NCBI GenBank assembly: GCA_964007735.1
Contig: CAXGAI010000035.1
Coordinates: 1 to 47,880, forward strand
Reading direction: 5' to 3'
Length of the DNA: 47,880 bases
From: an uncultured Rhodopirellula sp.
GTDB taxonomy: Bacteria; Planctomycetota; Planctomycetia; Pirellulales; Pirellulaceae
The translations under genes and the position numbers were made by a program. Below the pieces are notes generated by a model. That model saw only the letters and a program-made list of their open reading frames with translations. It had not been told where the DNA came from and ran no database searches. Shown piece after piece: positions 18,212 through 27,773 of the stretch; position 1 is the first letter of the stretch; each line of letters begins with the position of its first letter.

Positions 18212-19483
18212 TTACGGTGCAGTCTGCTGGCCCTTTAAGACATTGAGTACAGCGAGGCGCTGATCGAATTCCTGACGATGGCGTTCCACGACAAACTCAA
18301 AATATGCCTTAGATTGTTCATAAGTGGTTTCCGTTAAATCCAGGATCCGTTGACTGTTTTCCAGGTCAAACTCATGAAGCTCCGCATGATGCTCCGCTAA
18401 AAGACCTGACTCAACCTGCAATTTCTGTTGCTGAAAACTAAGGTTTAGCTGCGCTTCAAACAACGCCAAGGAGTACTTCTCATAGAGAACCTGAGTAATA
18501 AACCCCTTCTTTTTGACTCGATTCGCCCAACTCTCATTTTGAATAGACTGATTTACTTTTTCCTTAGCACTCTGAACTAAAGCTTCCAAAACCTTCAGGT
18601 TCGGAGAGCCTGTCACTGTATATGACAGAAGTTGAGAACGGTTGCTTTTAGCTGTATTTAATCGTGTTTTCCACTGCTCCATATTCTTATCACAATCGGT
18701 GCGCGCCGTAACTTCCGCTTGCTGACTTGTTTGCATATCATTCTGCAACTTCTGGATTTCAGCCCGATTCCCCTCGGCGGCTCCCGTCTCCTGTTGTTGA
18801 AGAAGCTCTTTAAGCCGACCAAAGCCTGCCTGCTGTTGCTTAAACTCTTTCTCTAATTGATTCATTTCCTGTTGCAATTGCACGAGAGATTCTAGTCGCA
18901 TAGCTTTAGAACGCTGGCCAGCGGTCGTGATTTCTAATAAAGCTACTCTGGCCTGATCATAAACGGCAATTAACTCAGTTTCAGTTGAAGATCCCGACTG
19001 TTTTTCCTCTTTATTAAGTTCGTCTTTTTTTGCTTGCAACTGTCCCTGAAGTCGTTCAACTGCAATGTCATCAGCTTCCAACTCTTTTTGACCGATTAAT
19101 CCCCGATTCGCCAACTTAACGGACCAGTCGCGACGGACATTCGCCTGTTTGGCTTTTTCAGCAATGATAAGGATTTCATTTTTCAGGCCTGTCAGGCGTA
19201 CTTCTCGCTGTCCTCCCTGATACCCTTTCAAGGCATGTTCATATATCAATAACTCGCGTTCAGCCATCGCCTTCTGCTTTTGAAACATTAACTCTGACTT
19301 AGCATGCTCTGCCAACAGAAAGATGTGCTGTTGATGCTTTTCCAACCACTTAGTGTGTACTTCCAGATACTCATGCCAATCCGTATTCAAACGCACATCG
19401 ACTTCGTCCTGGGCGCAAACAAGATTACTGGCAGCAGTAAGGCAAAGGAAAATACCGAGAAGCTGTTTTAAAAGTAAGAACAC
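18212..19483 (-). CDS. Secreted coiled-coil protein resembling the alpha-hairpins of efflux periplasmic adaptors
   Basis: Signal peptide and near-continuous heptad helices. Two copies of a hairpin-tip motif (WSVKLANRGLIGQKELEAD, WANRVKKKGFITQVLYEK). Lies upstream of TolC on the same strand. Confidence 0.65.
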   Translation of the reverse strand: MFLLLKQLLGIFLCLTAASNLVCAQDEVDVRLNTDWHEYLEVHTKWLEKHQQHIFLLAEHAKSELMFQKQKAMAERELLIYEHALKGYQGGQREVRLTGLKNEILIIAEKAKQANVRRDWSVKLANRGLIGQKELEADDIAVERLQGQLQAKKDELNKEEKQSGSSTETELIAVYDQARVALLEITTAGQRSKAMRLESLVQLQQEMNQLEKEFKQQQAGFGRLKELLQQQETGAAEGNRAEIQKLQNDMQTSQQAEVTARTDCDKNMEQWKTRLNTAKSNRSQLLSYTVTGSPNLKVLEALVQSAKEKVNQSIQNESWANRVKKKGFITQVLYEKYSLALFEAQLNLSFQQQKLQVESGLLAEHHAELHEFDLENSQRILDLTETTYEQSKAYFEFVVERHRQEFDQRLAVLNVLKGQQTAP

Positions 19484-19633
19484 TCGGGGCCAGTCCTGAC
19501 TGAACTAAAATGGGAGGGATTTCGAGAGACTATTCTTAAGGTTTGCCTTTTGCGGCTGTTTTAGTCTGGTGGGGGAAAGTAAATCGTACCGCGGCACCTA
19601 AATTGACACAACGATACTTCACCAAAAGTTAAC

Positions 19634-21040
19634 CTATTGGTGGACGTTGTCTCCAATTGCTTCCATGCGTGACAAGAGTTCACGTTCCAGTCGGGCGCGG
19701 ATTGTCCGTATTCTTTTTGTTTCCAGTGAGATCAAATTGTTGGATTCCGCCGAATCATTCACTAAATAATAAAGCTCATCCCGACCTGTATTATTAAAGT
19801 CGCGAATCAATTTCCACTTACCGTCGGAGAACATGCGCATGTGTGTCTGCGACTGGTGCTTCGTACTATATTCCGCATAATAAGATTGGTCCCAATCTCG
19901 CTCTTTGCCAAGCAATTGGGGAACCATATTCCTTCCCCGAATCAAGATATCCGGATCCAGTTCAATACCAGCCATCGCCAGAATCGTGGGAAACCAGTCC
20001 AAATTGGAATAGGTTGATTTATCTACGCTATCAGCCTTCAATACGCCAGGCCAACGAATAATGGTGGGCACCTTAATCGAGTTATCATACATATTCGGCC
20101 GCTGACCACGTGGAATTGCCTCCGTAGCTTGAGGAGGTGAGGTCAGCACCCAATGACCATTACCTTTATGCCAAATGCCGTTGTGTCCCATGTTATAACC
20201 ATGATCTGAACTAAAGATCACAATCGTGTTATCAGCCAATTCCAAATCATCTAGTGTCTTCAATACTCTGCCGAGGTTACGATCCACACTACGGATACTT
20301 GCAAAATACTCTTTCGTCATTCGTTTTACGCGGTCTACATCGAGGTTTGGATAATCCGGATTGGGAATTTCAATCTCAAGCTTTTCATAGGGAGCAATGT
20401 CCTCATCAGCCACCGGTAGCCAGCGAGTATGGGGAGCTCGTGTATGCCAACACAATAAAAACGTCTCGTCTTTATTACGCGTCAAAAATTCAATGGCCTC
20501 GTTCGCCAGAATATCTGCATTCAACCCTTCAAACTTTTGATCCACGCCATCTTTTTCAAGCACTGGATTAGCAGTTTGCCAGCCCCCGGCTCGATGCCCC
20601 ATAAAATATTCAAAGCCAAAGACGGTGGGATGCTGAGAATCGAGAAGCCCTAAATGCCACTTGCCAACCAGCCCCGTTTTATAACCAGCCTGCTGTAATA
20701 GTCGCGGCCAAACGGCTAGTTTGGAATTCAGGCCGAGATTAGGTTCGTTCCGTGGATGAATCCAATCCGTAATACCAAGCTCAGAACCATATCGACTCGT
20801 CATTAATGCCGCTCTGGAAGGACTGCAAACTGGCGTTACTGTGTAAGCATTGGGAAGGTAAACACCTTCCTTAGCTAATCGATCCATATGAGGCGTCTTT
20901 GCTAATGGATTACCCGATGCTCCGATTGCCCAAGGAGCCTGGTCGTCAGTCAGCACAAAAAGAATATTGGGCTGCGACGCATCCACTACGGAATTCATCA
21001 AAATTAAAAACAATATCGCTGTTAACTGAAGCGCTCTCAT
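19634..21040 (-). CDS. Formylglycine-dependent sulfatase
   Basis: PNILFVLTDDQ, CSPSRAALMT, GYKTGLVGKWHLG, SDHG, signal peptide. Confidence 0.95.
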   Translation of the reverse strand: MRALQLTAILFLILMNSVVDASQPNILFVLTDDQAPWAIGASGNPLAKTPHMDRLAKEGVYLPNAYTVTPVCSPSRAALMTSRYGSELGITDWIHPRNEPNLGLNSKLAVWPRLLQQAGYKTGLVGKWHLGLLDSQHPTVFGFEYFMGHRAGGWQTANPVLEKDGVDQKFEGLNADILANEAIEFLTRNKDETFLLCWHTRAPHTRWLPVADEDIAPYEKLEIEIPNPDYPNLDVDRVKRMTKEYFASIRSVDRNLGRVLKTLDDLELADNTIVIFSSDHGYNMGHNGIWHKGNGHWVLTSPPQATEAIPRGQRPNMYDNSIKVPTIIRWPGVLKADSVDKSTYSNLDWFPTILAMAGIELDPDILIRGRNMVPQLLGKERDWDQSYYAEYSTKHQSQTHMRMFSDGKWKLIRDFNNTGRDELYYLVNDSAESNNLISLETKRIRTIRARLERELLSRMEAIGDNVHQ

Positions 21041-21159
21041 TATTTTGCCCTTTGTTCTTTGGGAAATATATACCGCGATGAACCCTTGCCTTCAGGTCAG
21101 CGTATCCATTATTAATATAGAAGTACCTTTTGTATCCTTGTGATGAGGAAGACCAAATA

Positions 21160-22161
21160 ATGAAAAAAAATACTCTCATTCCTGTAATTCTCGTTCTTAT
21201 CGGACTGCTCTTCGGGACCTTTACGTTCGTCCAGTCAGATGAAACCAAAGAAACCCGCGAAAACAAGACCATCGAGAAGAAAGTCGAAGTCAAAGTGCTT
21301 GGTGATGTCCCCGCTGACAGAGTCACCATAGATGGCGACAAAATTAAAGTTCGCTTACCTAATGGGGACATTCAGACGATCGATCTGGGTAATATCAAAA
21401 ACGGTCGAGAAAGAATTGAAATTGAAGACGGCGACGTGGATGTCGATATAGAGGTACAGGGTAAAGCTATCGTTGTCGGACCAGATGGCGAGGTCAAGGA
21501 ATACGATCTGAGTGACGGGGGATTCGATATCGAATTACCTGAACTCGGTGATGCGCGTTCCATGATCGAACGATTTCGCAAACAATTCCCCGGATTTGAT
21601 TCTAAAATCTTGCCCCAGGGTTTCTTACCTGATGAATCTGTAGAAGTCCTGCCAGTCAGTGAATTTATGATCGGTGTCGCTATGGGGCCAACATCTGAAA
21701 CCCTACAAACGCAGTTAGGTCTGGAAGTTCCTGGCATCGCCGTTTTAGAGGTCATGCCCAATTCGCCAGCTTCCAAAGTCAAAATGCAGAAGCACGACGT
21801 GTTAGTAGCGGCTGGAGATCAACCCCTTGGAGAAATGAGCGATCTCATTTCAGCCGTTGATAATGCTGGCTCTAAAGAAACATCACTAAGCATTAAGCTC
21901 ATCCGTCGTGGTAAGACAATGGAAGTAGAAATAACACCCGTTAAGCGTCCGGACATGAAGAAGCAGACTACCGAATTACTTCCATTCTCTCCTGAACGAC
22001 CTAGCCCATTCAGTGGATTGAGCCCGGCAGAACTTGACGTTTTTGATGGGCTTGTAGATCGCATGAAGGAGCTTGAACCCGCTGGTAGTGAAAACTTACT
22101 TGAAGCGATTGAACAACTCAAACAACGTATCAAAATGCTTGAAAGAAACGGACCCGAGTAA
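21160..22161 (+). CDS. PDZ domain-containing exported protein
   Basis: Start ATG 21160 with SD GAGGA and an N-terminal hydrophobic segment. MIGVAM..GIAVLEVMPNSPASKVKMQKHDVLV..LIRRGK. No protease domain. Confidence 0.85.
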   Translation: MKKNTLIPVILVLIGLLFGTFTFVQSDETKETRENKTIEKKVEVKVLGDVPADRVTIDGDKIKVRLPNGDIQTIDLGNIKNGRERIEIEDGDVDVDIEVQGKAIVVGPDGEVKEYDLSDGGFDIELPELGDARSMIERFRKQFPGFDSKILPQGFLPDESVEVLPVSEFMIGVAMGPTSETLQTQLGLEVPGIAVLEVMPNSPASKVKMQKHDVLVAAGDQPLGEMSDLISAVDNAGSKETSLSIKLIRRGKTMEVEITPVKRPDMKKQTTELLPFSPERPSPFSGLSPAELDVFDGLVDRMKELEPAGSENLLEAIEQLKQRIKMLERNGPE

Positions 22162-22194
22162 GAACTAGCTTTGCTGTCACAACATTATTAATAA

Positions 22195-22234
22195 CAAGAG
22201 CCGTTGTTATGGCTATCATGACAACGGCTTTTTG
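22195..22234. terminator. Terminator hairpin between convergent genes
   Basis: AGCCGTTGTTATG-gctat-CATGACAACGGCT followed by TTTT on the + strand. Confidence 0.8.
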
Positions 22235-22255
22235 GTATCTATGAACCTGGAACTC

Positions 22256-22711
22256 TTACTCGATCCGAATAAGCTCAATCCTAAAATGTAAAGTTGAGTT
22301 CGCTGGTATCAATTCTGACTCAGAATCACCATAGCCCTGTTCCGGTGGAATCTCCAATTCAATCATGCCACCTTCGGGGCAATTCTGCATACCTTCATAG
22401 AATCCTGCCACCGTTTGACCCGCCCCAAAATAACTACCAACTCCCAACCCGTAAGATTGATCGAACATGACCTCTGTTCCATCGTCATCGAGTCGCCAAC
22501 CTTTATAATGAACCCAATAACCTTCCTCCGAACTGGGGGTTCGATTTCCTGTATCACGCAATAAACGCCACTTCGTTCCCGATTCAAGGGTGTTAAAGGG
22601 TCGTTCCTTGGCACCTTGATCAATATTATTAGGATCCCAGATATAATCCCGTTCACACCCGATTAGTATCAGGCACAATATCAGTAATCCAAAAATAGAA
22701 TTTTTTTGCAT
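22256..22711 (-). CDS. FKBP-type peptidyl-prolyl cis-trans isomerase, lipoprotein
   Basis: Lipobox LIGC, VHYKGW..FDQSY, GFYEGMQ, IPPEQGYG, IPANSTLHFRIEL. Start ATG 22711. Confidence 0.9.
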   Translation of the reverse strand: MQKNSIFGLLILCLILIGCERDYIWDPNNIDQGAKERPFNTLESGTKWRLLRDTGNRTPSSEEGYWVHYKGWRLDDDGTEVMFDQSYGLGVGSYFGAGQTVAGFYEGMQNCPEGGMIELEIPPEQGYGDSESELIPANSTLHFRIELIRIE

Positions 22712-22737
22712 TCCGTGGCTTCCTGTTGGCACTTGGA

Positions 22738-23976
22738 CTATTCAGATTCGATGCAGTACATATGAGTAATGCTTCTAAGGAACATCCTGTGCCCCGAGAT
22801 GGCAGGCGAAGCCTGAAAGCCTGTCTCAAATTCAAAATCTGCAACCTTCTCAAATTTATCACCTGCTTTTAACACAACACCAGTACCCTCTACGCTGAAG
22901 CAGTAGATGAATCCATTAGCGAATACCGGGGAAGATCTAAACTCACCTGTACCGGCTCGCTGTTGCCACACGACTTGCCCACTATCTGCTTGAATACAAG
23001 AAGCGACACCCTGATCATTCATCATATATAGATGCCCATCAATCAAAAGCTGTGAAGCTCGACGGGGGACAGACTTGCTGAATTCCCATTTAATCGAGGT
23101 ATTGGTAATATCACCTGTCCCTTCAGGAGACACCGCGACCATCGCTCGGGCACCGTCACCACCGGTAATATAAACTAATCCGTTATGGAATAACGGACGA
23201 CAGGCCGCATTCATACCACCATGACGTACTCGCCATAACACTTCACCATTTTCAGGGTTATAAGAAATGGTCTCCATCGCACTTGGGACAATTGCCTGCC
23301 GGCGGCCCTGATGTTCTATCACGGTTGCCGTACTATAAGCCTTTTTTCGGTCGCCATTATCTGTTCCGTAATCGATGCCACGATCTTTCTTCCATACCGT
23401 CTCACCAGTTTCTTTATTAAAAGCCACAACAAACTGCACATCGAAGCCATCATAAGACACGATCAACCTGCCATCATCAATCACCGGAGAAGAAGCTGGA
23501 CCACGCCAATGGTCACAATCAAGGTCGCGACGTTCCCAGATTTTCTTCCCTGTCTTCGTATTCAGAGCTGCTGTCCCATAACTTCCAAAATGAACATAGA
23601 CGGTTCCTTCTTCAATGGCAGGCGTGCAGGAAGCATAGCTATTTGTAGGATGACAAAATCTTACTTCTTCATTTTCAAAAACCAGAATGTCATGGATAGT
23701 TTCACCGGTATTCTTATCAAAACACAATGCCCACATTTTAGAACCATCGACTGTAGCCGTTATCGTCCAAAGTTGATCGCCGAAAACAACCGGCGAGGCC
23801 CACCCTTTGCCGCGGACCGGGACCTTCCATTTAACATTCTTACCTTCGCCAAGCTCGGTCGGTAACTGTGCACCATCTGCTCGGCCTGCCTCATCGCCAC
23901 GAAAGTGCGTCCAGTTTTCGTCAGCGTTTAAGGAGGCGGTAAACAGAAGCATTAGGATTAAATATGAAGCACGCAT
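22738..23976 (-). CDS. PQQ-binding-like (BamB-type) beta-propeller repeat protein
   Basis: NWTHFRG, GWASPVV, NSYASCTP, GPASSPVI, AYSTATVI, ASPAISGHRMFLRS. Confidence 0.92.
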   Translation of the reverse strand: MRASYLILMLLFTASLNADENWTHFRGDEAGRADGAQLPTELGEGKNVKWKVPVRGKGWASPVVFGDQLWTITATVDGSKMWALCFDKNTGETIHDILVFENEEVRFCHPTNSYASCTPAIEEGTVYVHFGSYGTAALNTKTGKKIWERRDLDCDHWRGPASSPVIDDGRLIVSYDGFDVQFVVAFNKETGETVWKKDRGIDYGTDNGDRKKAYSTATVIEHQGRRQAIVPSAMETISYNPENGEVLWRVRHGGMNAACRPLFHNGLVYITGGDGARAMVAVSPEGTGDITNTSIKWEFSKSVPRRASQLLIDGHLYMMNDQGVASCIQADSGQVVWQQRAGTGEFRSSPVFANGFIYCFSVEGTGVVLKAGDKFEKVADFEFETGFQASPAISGHRMFLRSITHMYCIESE

Positions 23977-24130
23977 TTACATCTCATCTCTGATTGAACC
24001 CTTGATAAAATCCATTGTCTTAATTGTAAATGAAAGAACACCACATCGGTACATCGCTATTGAGCACTCACGTGTAATTCAGTACTTTATCGATCCTGCA
24101 ACAAATATCCATTATTAGGAGTAATCAGGA

Positions 24131-24523
24131 ATGCGTCGAATTCTTGCCTTACTAATTATTACCAGCCTGTTCGTTACTGGATGTACATCTGCACGCTACG
24201 TTTCCCGAGATCAGGAACGAGGTGTTATTGCCATTCCAAGTATATCCACATGGCCTGTGGATCATCGTGAAAAAGCCGTGGGGCTTATGCAGGCACACTT
24301 TCCGCAAGGCTATATCATTGAGAAAGAAGAAGAAGTCGTTATCGGTACTGAAACTCAAAACCACACCGATGTTCACGCCCATGAAATCGGCAACTCAAAT
24401 ATCTATCTGGGTGGAGAAACAACTCATACGACAACCACCGACAAAACCGAGTGGCGAATTACCTATCGTCGAGCTGACAACCCTCGTGTGAGTTCGGTTC
24501 CAGATCAGGGACCTATCCAATAG
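24131..24523 (+). CDS. Small hypothetical lipoprotein
   Basis: SD AGGAG, lipobox VTGC, Thr-rich region, TEWRITYR. Confidence 0.8.
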   Translation: MRRILALLIITSLFVTGCTSARYVSRDQERGVIAIPSISTWPVDHREKAVGLMQAHFPQGYIIEKEEEVVIGTETQNHTDVHAHEIGNSNIYLGGETTHTTTTDKTEWRITYRRADNPRVSSVPDQGPIQ

Positions 24524-24561
24524 CCAGCACGCTATCGTGTCAAGTAACCATTGGTTCTCAG

Positions 24562-25923
24562 CTATTCTTCAGTTTCAGGAAGGGGCTCTACTTCCGCGAG
24601 AGTCATGTTGCGTACCACGAGCAAAACTTCACAAATCAAATCGGCACCAAGAATCGGCTTATCTGTCGGGGCCGGCTCTTTTAAGTTTCCCCGACTTGCT
24701 CCCTTAGGAGGAGTCGGCAGCGTCGGGATATCAATCCCCACCTTACTGACAGCGGAACCCTTACCGGCCAGAAAGTAAAACGTGGTCATCAATTGACTAG
24801 CTTTACCTTTCCACTTCTGTAACTGCTTTTGATAGGCTGCTTTATCGTTGGTGTCCGGCGTTGCCTCGTCAGATGCCCACTGACTTTTAACTGCTCGATG
24901 TAAGTTGTCGAAGACTCCTACATCCTTAGGTAACAAAGCCATATTAAATCGATACCGGGCAATATGACCATGACGTGAATGAATATCTAAACGGGTCTGA
25001 TCTATCTGCAAGCCAGAAGCAACCATATAAATCAGATCAACGGTACCTCCCACAGGTTGCTTCTCATTTGGAACAACTCCGTTAAGGAATCTGGAATTCA
25101 GCAGTTGTTCTTCCAACTCCGGCATCACATCCAAACCACCATCATAAACAATCCCGTTTTTCATAAGAACATCCCGAACGACATCAGCTTCTCTACCTTC
25201 GGGAGTCACTCCCACTTCGATCACGAACAGAAACTTACCGTTGGTAAGCACACTCAGATCTGGCTGACCAGCCAAATCTTTACCCTCGGGTGTGTTCGGA
25301 ACAGACGCCAAGTCGCTCGGATTCGGTTGTTCCGGCAAATTTGGCTCCACGCCTTCCACTTCCGAAGTCATTGGGCTTTTTCCGGAGTCGTCATTACCGA
25401 CGATATAACTCGAATCGTTCGGCTCGTTCTGACCCTCTATTTCTTCAGGATTCTCCATCTTGCCGTCAGGCAAACTTTCGTGACCCGGTACCTCTGGCTC
25501 TTGATCCACATTAACAATCGAGTTGCCTTCGTTGTCCTGCTGAACTTGCATGACCTGCCAAAGCGCAACCACGGTCATCAATGCAATAGCAATGGAAATA
25601 TAGGTTGACCAACGAATCGCAGAGGATTTGTTCGCCGTCAATTTAGCTGGTTGTGACGCTGATAAGACGTTCACATGTTGCGAATCAGAAGTTTCCAATT
25701 GAGCCAATACCCGATCAGCTAGAGAAGGACTCGCTGACAAATCGGAGGGCTGTTCTCCCAGAGCTCGAATGCCGCTTCGCAGTAACTGTAATTCGGCTAA
25801 CACCTTGGCAGCCGTCGCATCTGTCTGCAACGCTACTTCGGCCAAAACCTGCTCTTTCGCTGATAATTGGCCATCCATATAGCCACTCATCAGTTCAGTT
25901 ATGTCACGAGGTGAATCTGTCAT
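24562..25923 (-). CDS. Anti-sigma-factor-like membrane protein
   Basis: N-terminal ELMSGYMDGQLS..EVALQTD..LAELQLLRSGIRAL, LADRVLAQL, one TM helix, an acidic linker and a C-terminal domain. Start ATG 25923. Confidence 0.72.
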   Translation of the reverse strand: MTDSPRDITELMSGYMDGQLSAKEQVLAEVALQTDATAAKVLAELQLLRSGIRALGEQPSDLSASPSLADRVLAQLETSDSQHVNVLSASQPAKLTANKSSAIRWSTYISIAIALMTVVALWQVMQVQQDNEGNSIVNVDQEPEVPGHESLPDGKMENPEEIEGQNEPNDSSYIVGNDDSGKSPMTSEVEGVEPNLPEQPNPSDLASVPNTPEGKDLAGQPDLSVLTNGKFLFVIEVGVTPEGREADVVRDVLMKNGIVYDGGLDVMPELEEQLLNSRFLNGVVPNEKQPVGGTVDLIYMVASGLQIDQTRLDIHSRHGHIARYRFNMALLPKDVGVFDNLHRAVKSQWASDEATPDTNDKAAYQKQLQKWKGKASQLMTTFYFLAGKGSAVSKVGIDIPTLPTPPKGASRGNLKEPAPTDKPILGADLICEVLLVVRNMTLAEVEPLPETEE

Positions 25924-26241
25924 TCTTTTTTTAACAGTGCTAACTGCTCTTTGCCCCAAATGGAATAAACCACTGATGTACTTACAATCGTCTCCAATGC
26001 TTGAAGTACATACCTAATGTTCTAATATCCCCGAAAAGCTGTCAACAAAATGGCTCTTTCGTACGAAATAAAGCATAAAAATTATCTTTTGACGGGTTGA
26101 TGATGTAACTTACATATTTTGGGGTAAATTTCGCACCGCACAGAGGCTAATCGGAATTTTTTATCGCCCTGATTAATTATACCTTACACCTTTTAATAAA
26201 GAATCTGCTTGCTCAAGCGGCTATTGTAGTACCCTCCTATG

Positions 26242-26280
26242 AAAAAGGCGATCGCTTGGTCAAAACCAATCGATCGCCTT
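26242..26280 (-). terminator. Rho-independent terminator of the DUF1553-DUF1501 operon
   Basis: AAGGCGATCG-c-TTGGT-caaa-ACCAA-t-CGATCGCCTT. The A run at 26242-26246 gives the U tract on the minus strand. Confidence 0.85.
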
Positions 26281-26304
26281 GAAGTACTAGCCAGGAGCAT
26301 CCGC

Positions 26305-27768
26305 TTACGCAAGTAAGTCCGTAAGCACATTCCCGTGGACATCTGTAAGTCGAAAATCCCGGCCCTGATGACGATATGTCAATCGCTCATGATCCACACC
26401 TAGCGTGTGCAGAATTGTCGCATTTAAGTCATGGATATGAGCCGGATCCTCCACAACGTTGTAACTGAAGTCATCTGTTTCACCGTAGACGATTCCACCC
26501 TTGATGCCGGCACCTGCCATCCATTTGGTATAGCAACGAGGATGATGGTCACGACCATAGTTTGTCATAGTCAAACCGCCCTGACAATAAACCGTTCGGC
26601 CAAATTCCCCACCCCAAATCACGAGCGTGTCATCGAGCATACCACGTCGTTTCAAATCTTTGACAAGCGCTGCTGAAGGCTGGTCAATAATTCCGCACTG
26701 ACGGCGAATATCACGTGGCAGGTTGCCATGCTGATCCCATTGACGAATAAAAACCTGAGTAAACCGCACGTCTCGTTCCGCCAGTCGACGAGCGAGCAAG
26801 CAGTTAAATGCAAAAGTCCCCGGCTTTGTCACTTCCGAACCATATAGATCGAGCGTCTCTTGTGACTCATCTGAAATATCTGTCAATTCAGGCACGGACG
26901 TCTGCATGCGGTAAGCCATCTCGTACTGAGCAATACGAGATTGGATCTCTGGATCTCCAATCTCGTCAAATCGCTGCTGGTTCAATTGAGCGAGATTATC
27001 CAGCATCTTACGCCGCATCGCGCCAGAAATCCCATTCGGATTCGACAAATACAAGACCGGGTCACCCGTTGATCGCAATGAAACGCCCTGATGTCTGGTT
27101 GACAAGAAACCTGACCCCCAAAGACGAGCGTACAATGCCTGCCCACCGAAACCACCGTTAACGGTTGAATGCAACACGACAAACGACGGAAGATTTGCAT
27201 TCATACTTCCTAAACCATAGGACAACCAGGCTCCCGTACTCGGCCTTCCGGGCAACTGACTACCTGTCTGGATATAAGTAATCGCAGGGTCGTGATTAAT
27301 CGCTTCCGTGTTAACGGTCTTAATCACTGCCAGGTCATCAATCACGCCGGCTGTATATGGAAGGGTCTCACTGACCCAGGCTCCATGTTCACCGTATTGA
27401 CGGAACTTCATGGTCGACGGGGCGATAGGAAATCTCTTCTGCCCTGATGTCATCGTTGTAATACGCTGACCATTGCGGACTGAATCCGGAAGATCTTTAT
27501 CATACCAATCCTGTAATTGCGGTTTGTAATCCCACATATCCAATTGACTTGGAGCCCCCGACATAAACAAATAAATGACTCGTTTAGCCTTGGGTGCAAA
27601 GTGAGGGGCTCCCATTGCTCCCAATTGTGTCTGTGGTTGATCACCAAATAACTCCGGATTCACTAACGACGCCAACGCAGCGGTCCCAATTCCGGTCGCT
27701 GCGCGTCCAAAAAAATGACGTCGAGTTTGAATTAATTCTGCTTCGCGTAGTAATGGATTCATCGTCAT
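26305..27768 (-). CDS. DUF1501 domain protein with Tat-like signal
   Basis: [53 protein letters not shown]. Confidence 0.95.
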   Translation of the reverse strand: MTMNPLLREAELIQTRRHFFGRAATGIGTAALASLVNPELFGDQPQTQLGAMGAPHFAPKAKRVIYLFMSGAPSQLDMWDYKPQLQDWYDKDLPDSVRNGQRITTMTSGQKRFPIAPSTMKFRQYGEHGAWVSETLPYTAGVIDDLAVIKTVNTEAINHDPAITYIQTGSQLPGRPSTGAWLSYGLGSMNANLPSFVVLHSTVNGGFGGQALYARLWGSGFLSTRHQGVSLRSTGDPVLYLSNPNGISGAMRRKMLDNLAQLNQQRFDEIGDPEIQSRIAQYEMAYRMQTSVPELTDISDESQETLDLYGSEVTKPGTFAFNCLLARRLAERDVRFTQVFIRQWDQHGNLPRDIRRQCGIIDQPSAALVKDLKRRGMLDDTLVIWGGEFGRTVYCQGGLTMTNYGRDHHPRCYTKWMAGAGIKGGIVYGETDDFSYNVVEDPAHIHDLNATILHTLGVDHERLTYRHQGRDFRLTDVHGNVLTDLLA

Positions 27769-27773
27769 TACGT

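Noticed and set aside
14290..23976. The two beta-propellers as PQQ dehydrogenases or true BamB
   Set aside because: They match the generic, highly expanded planctomycete PQQ-like repeat family. There is no lipobox, no bam/der context and no recognisable dehydrogenase catalytic motif.
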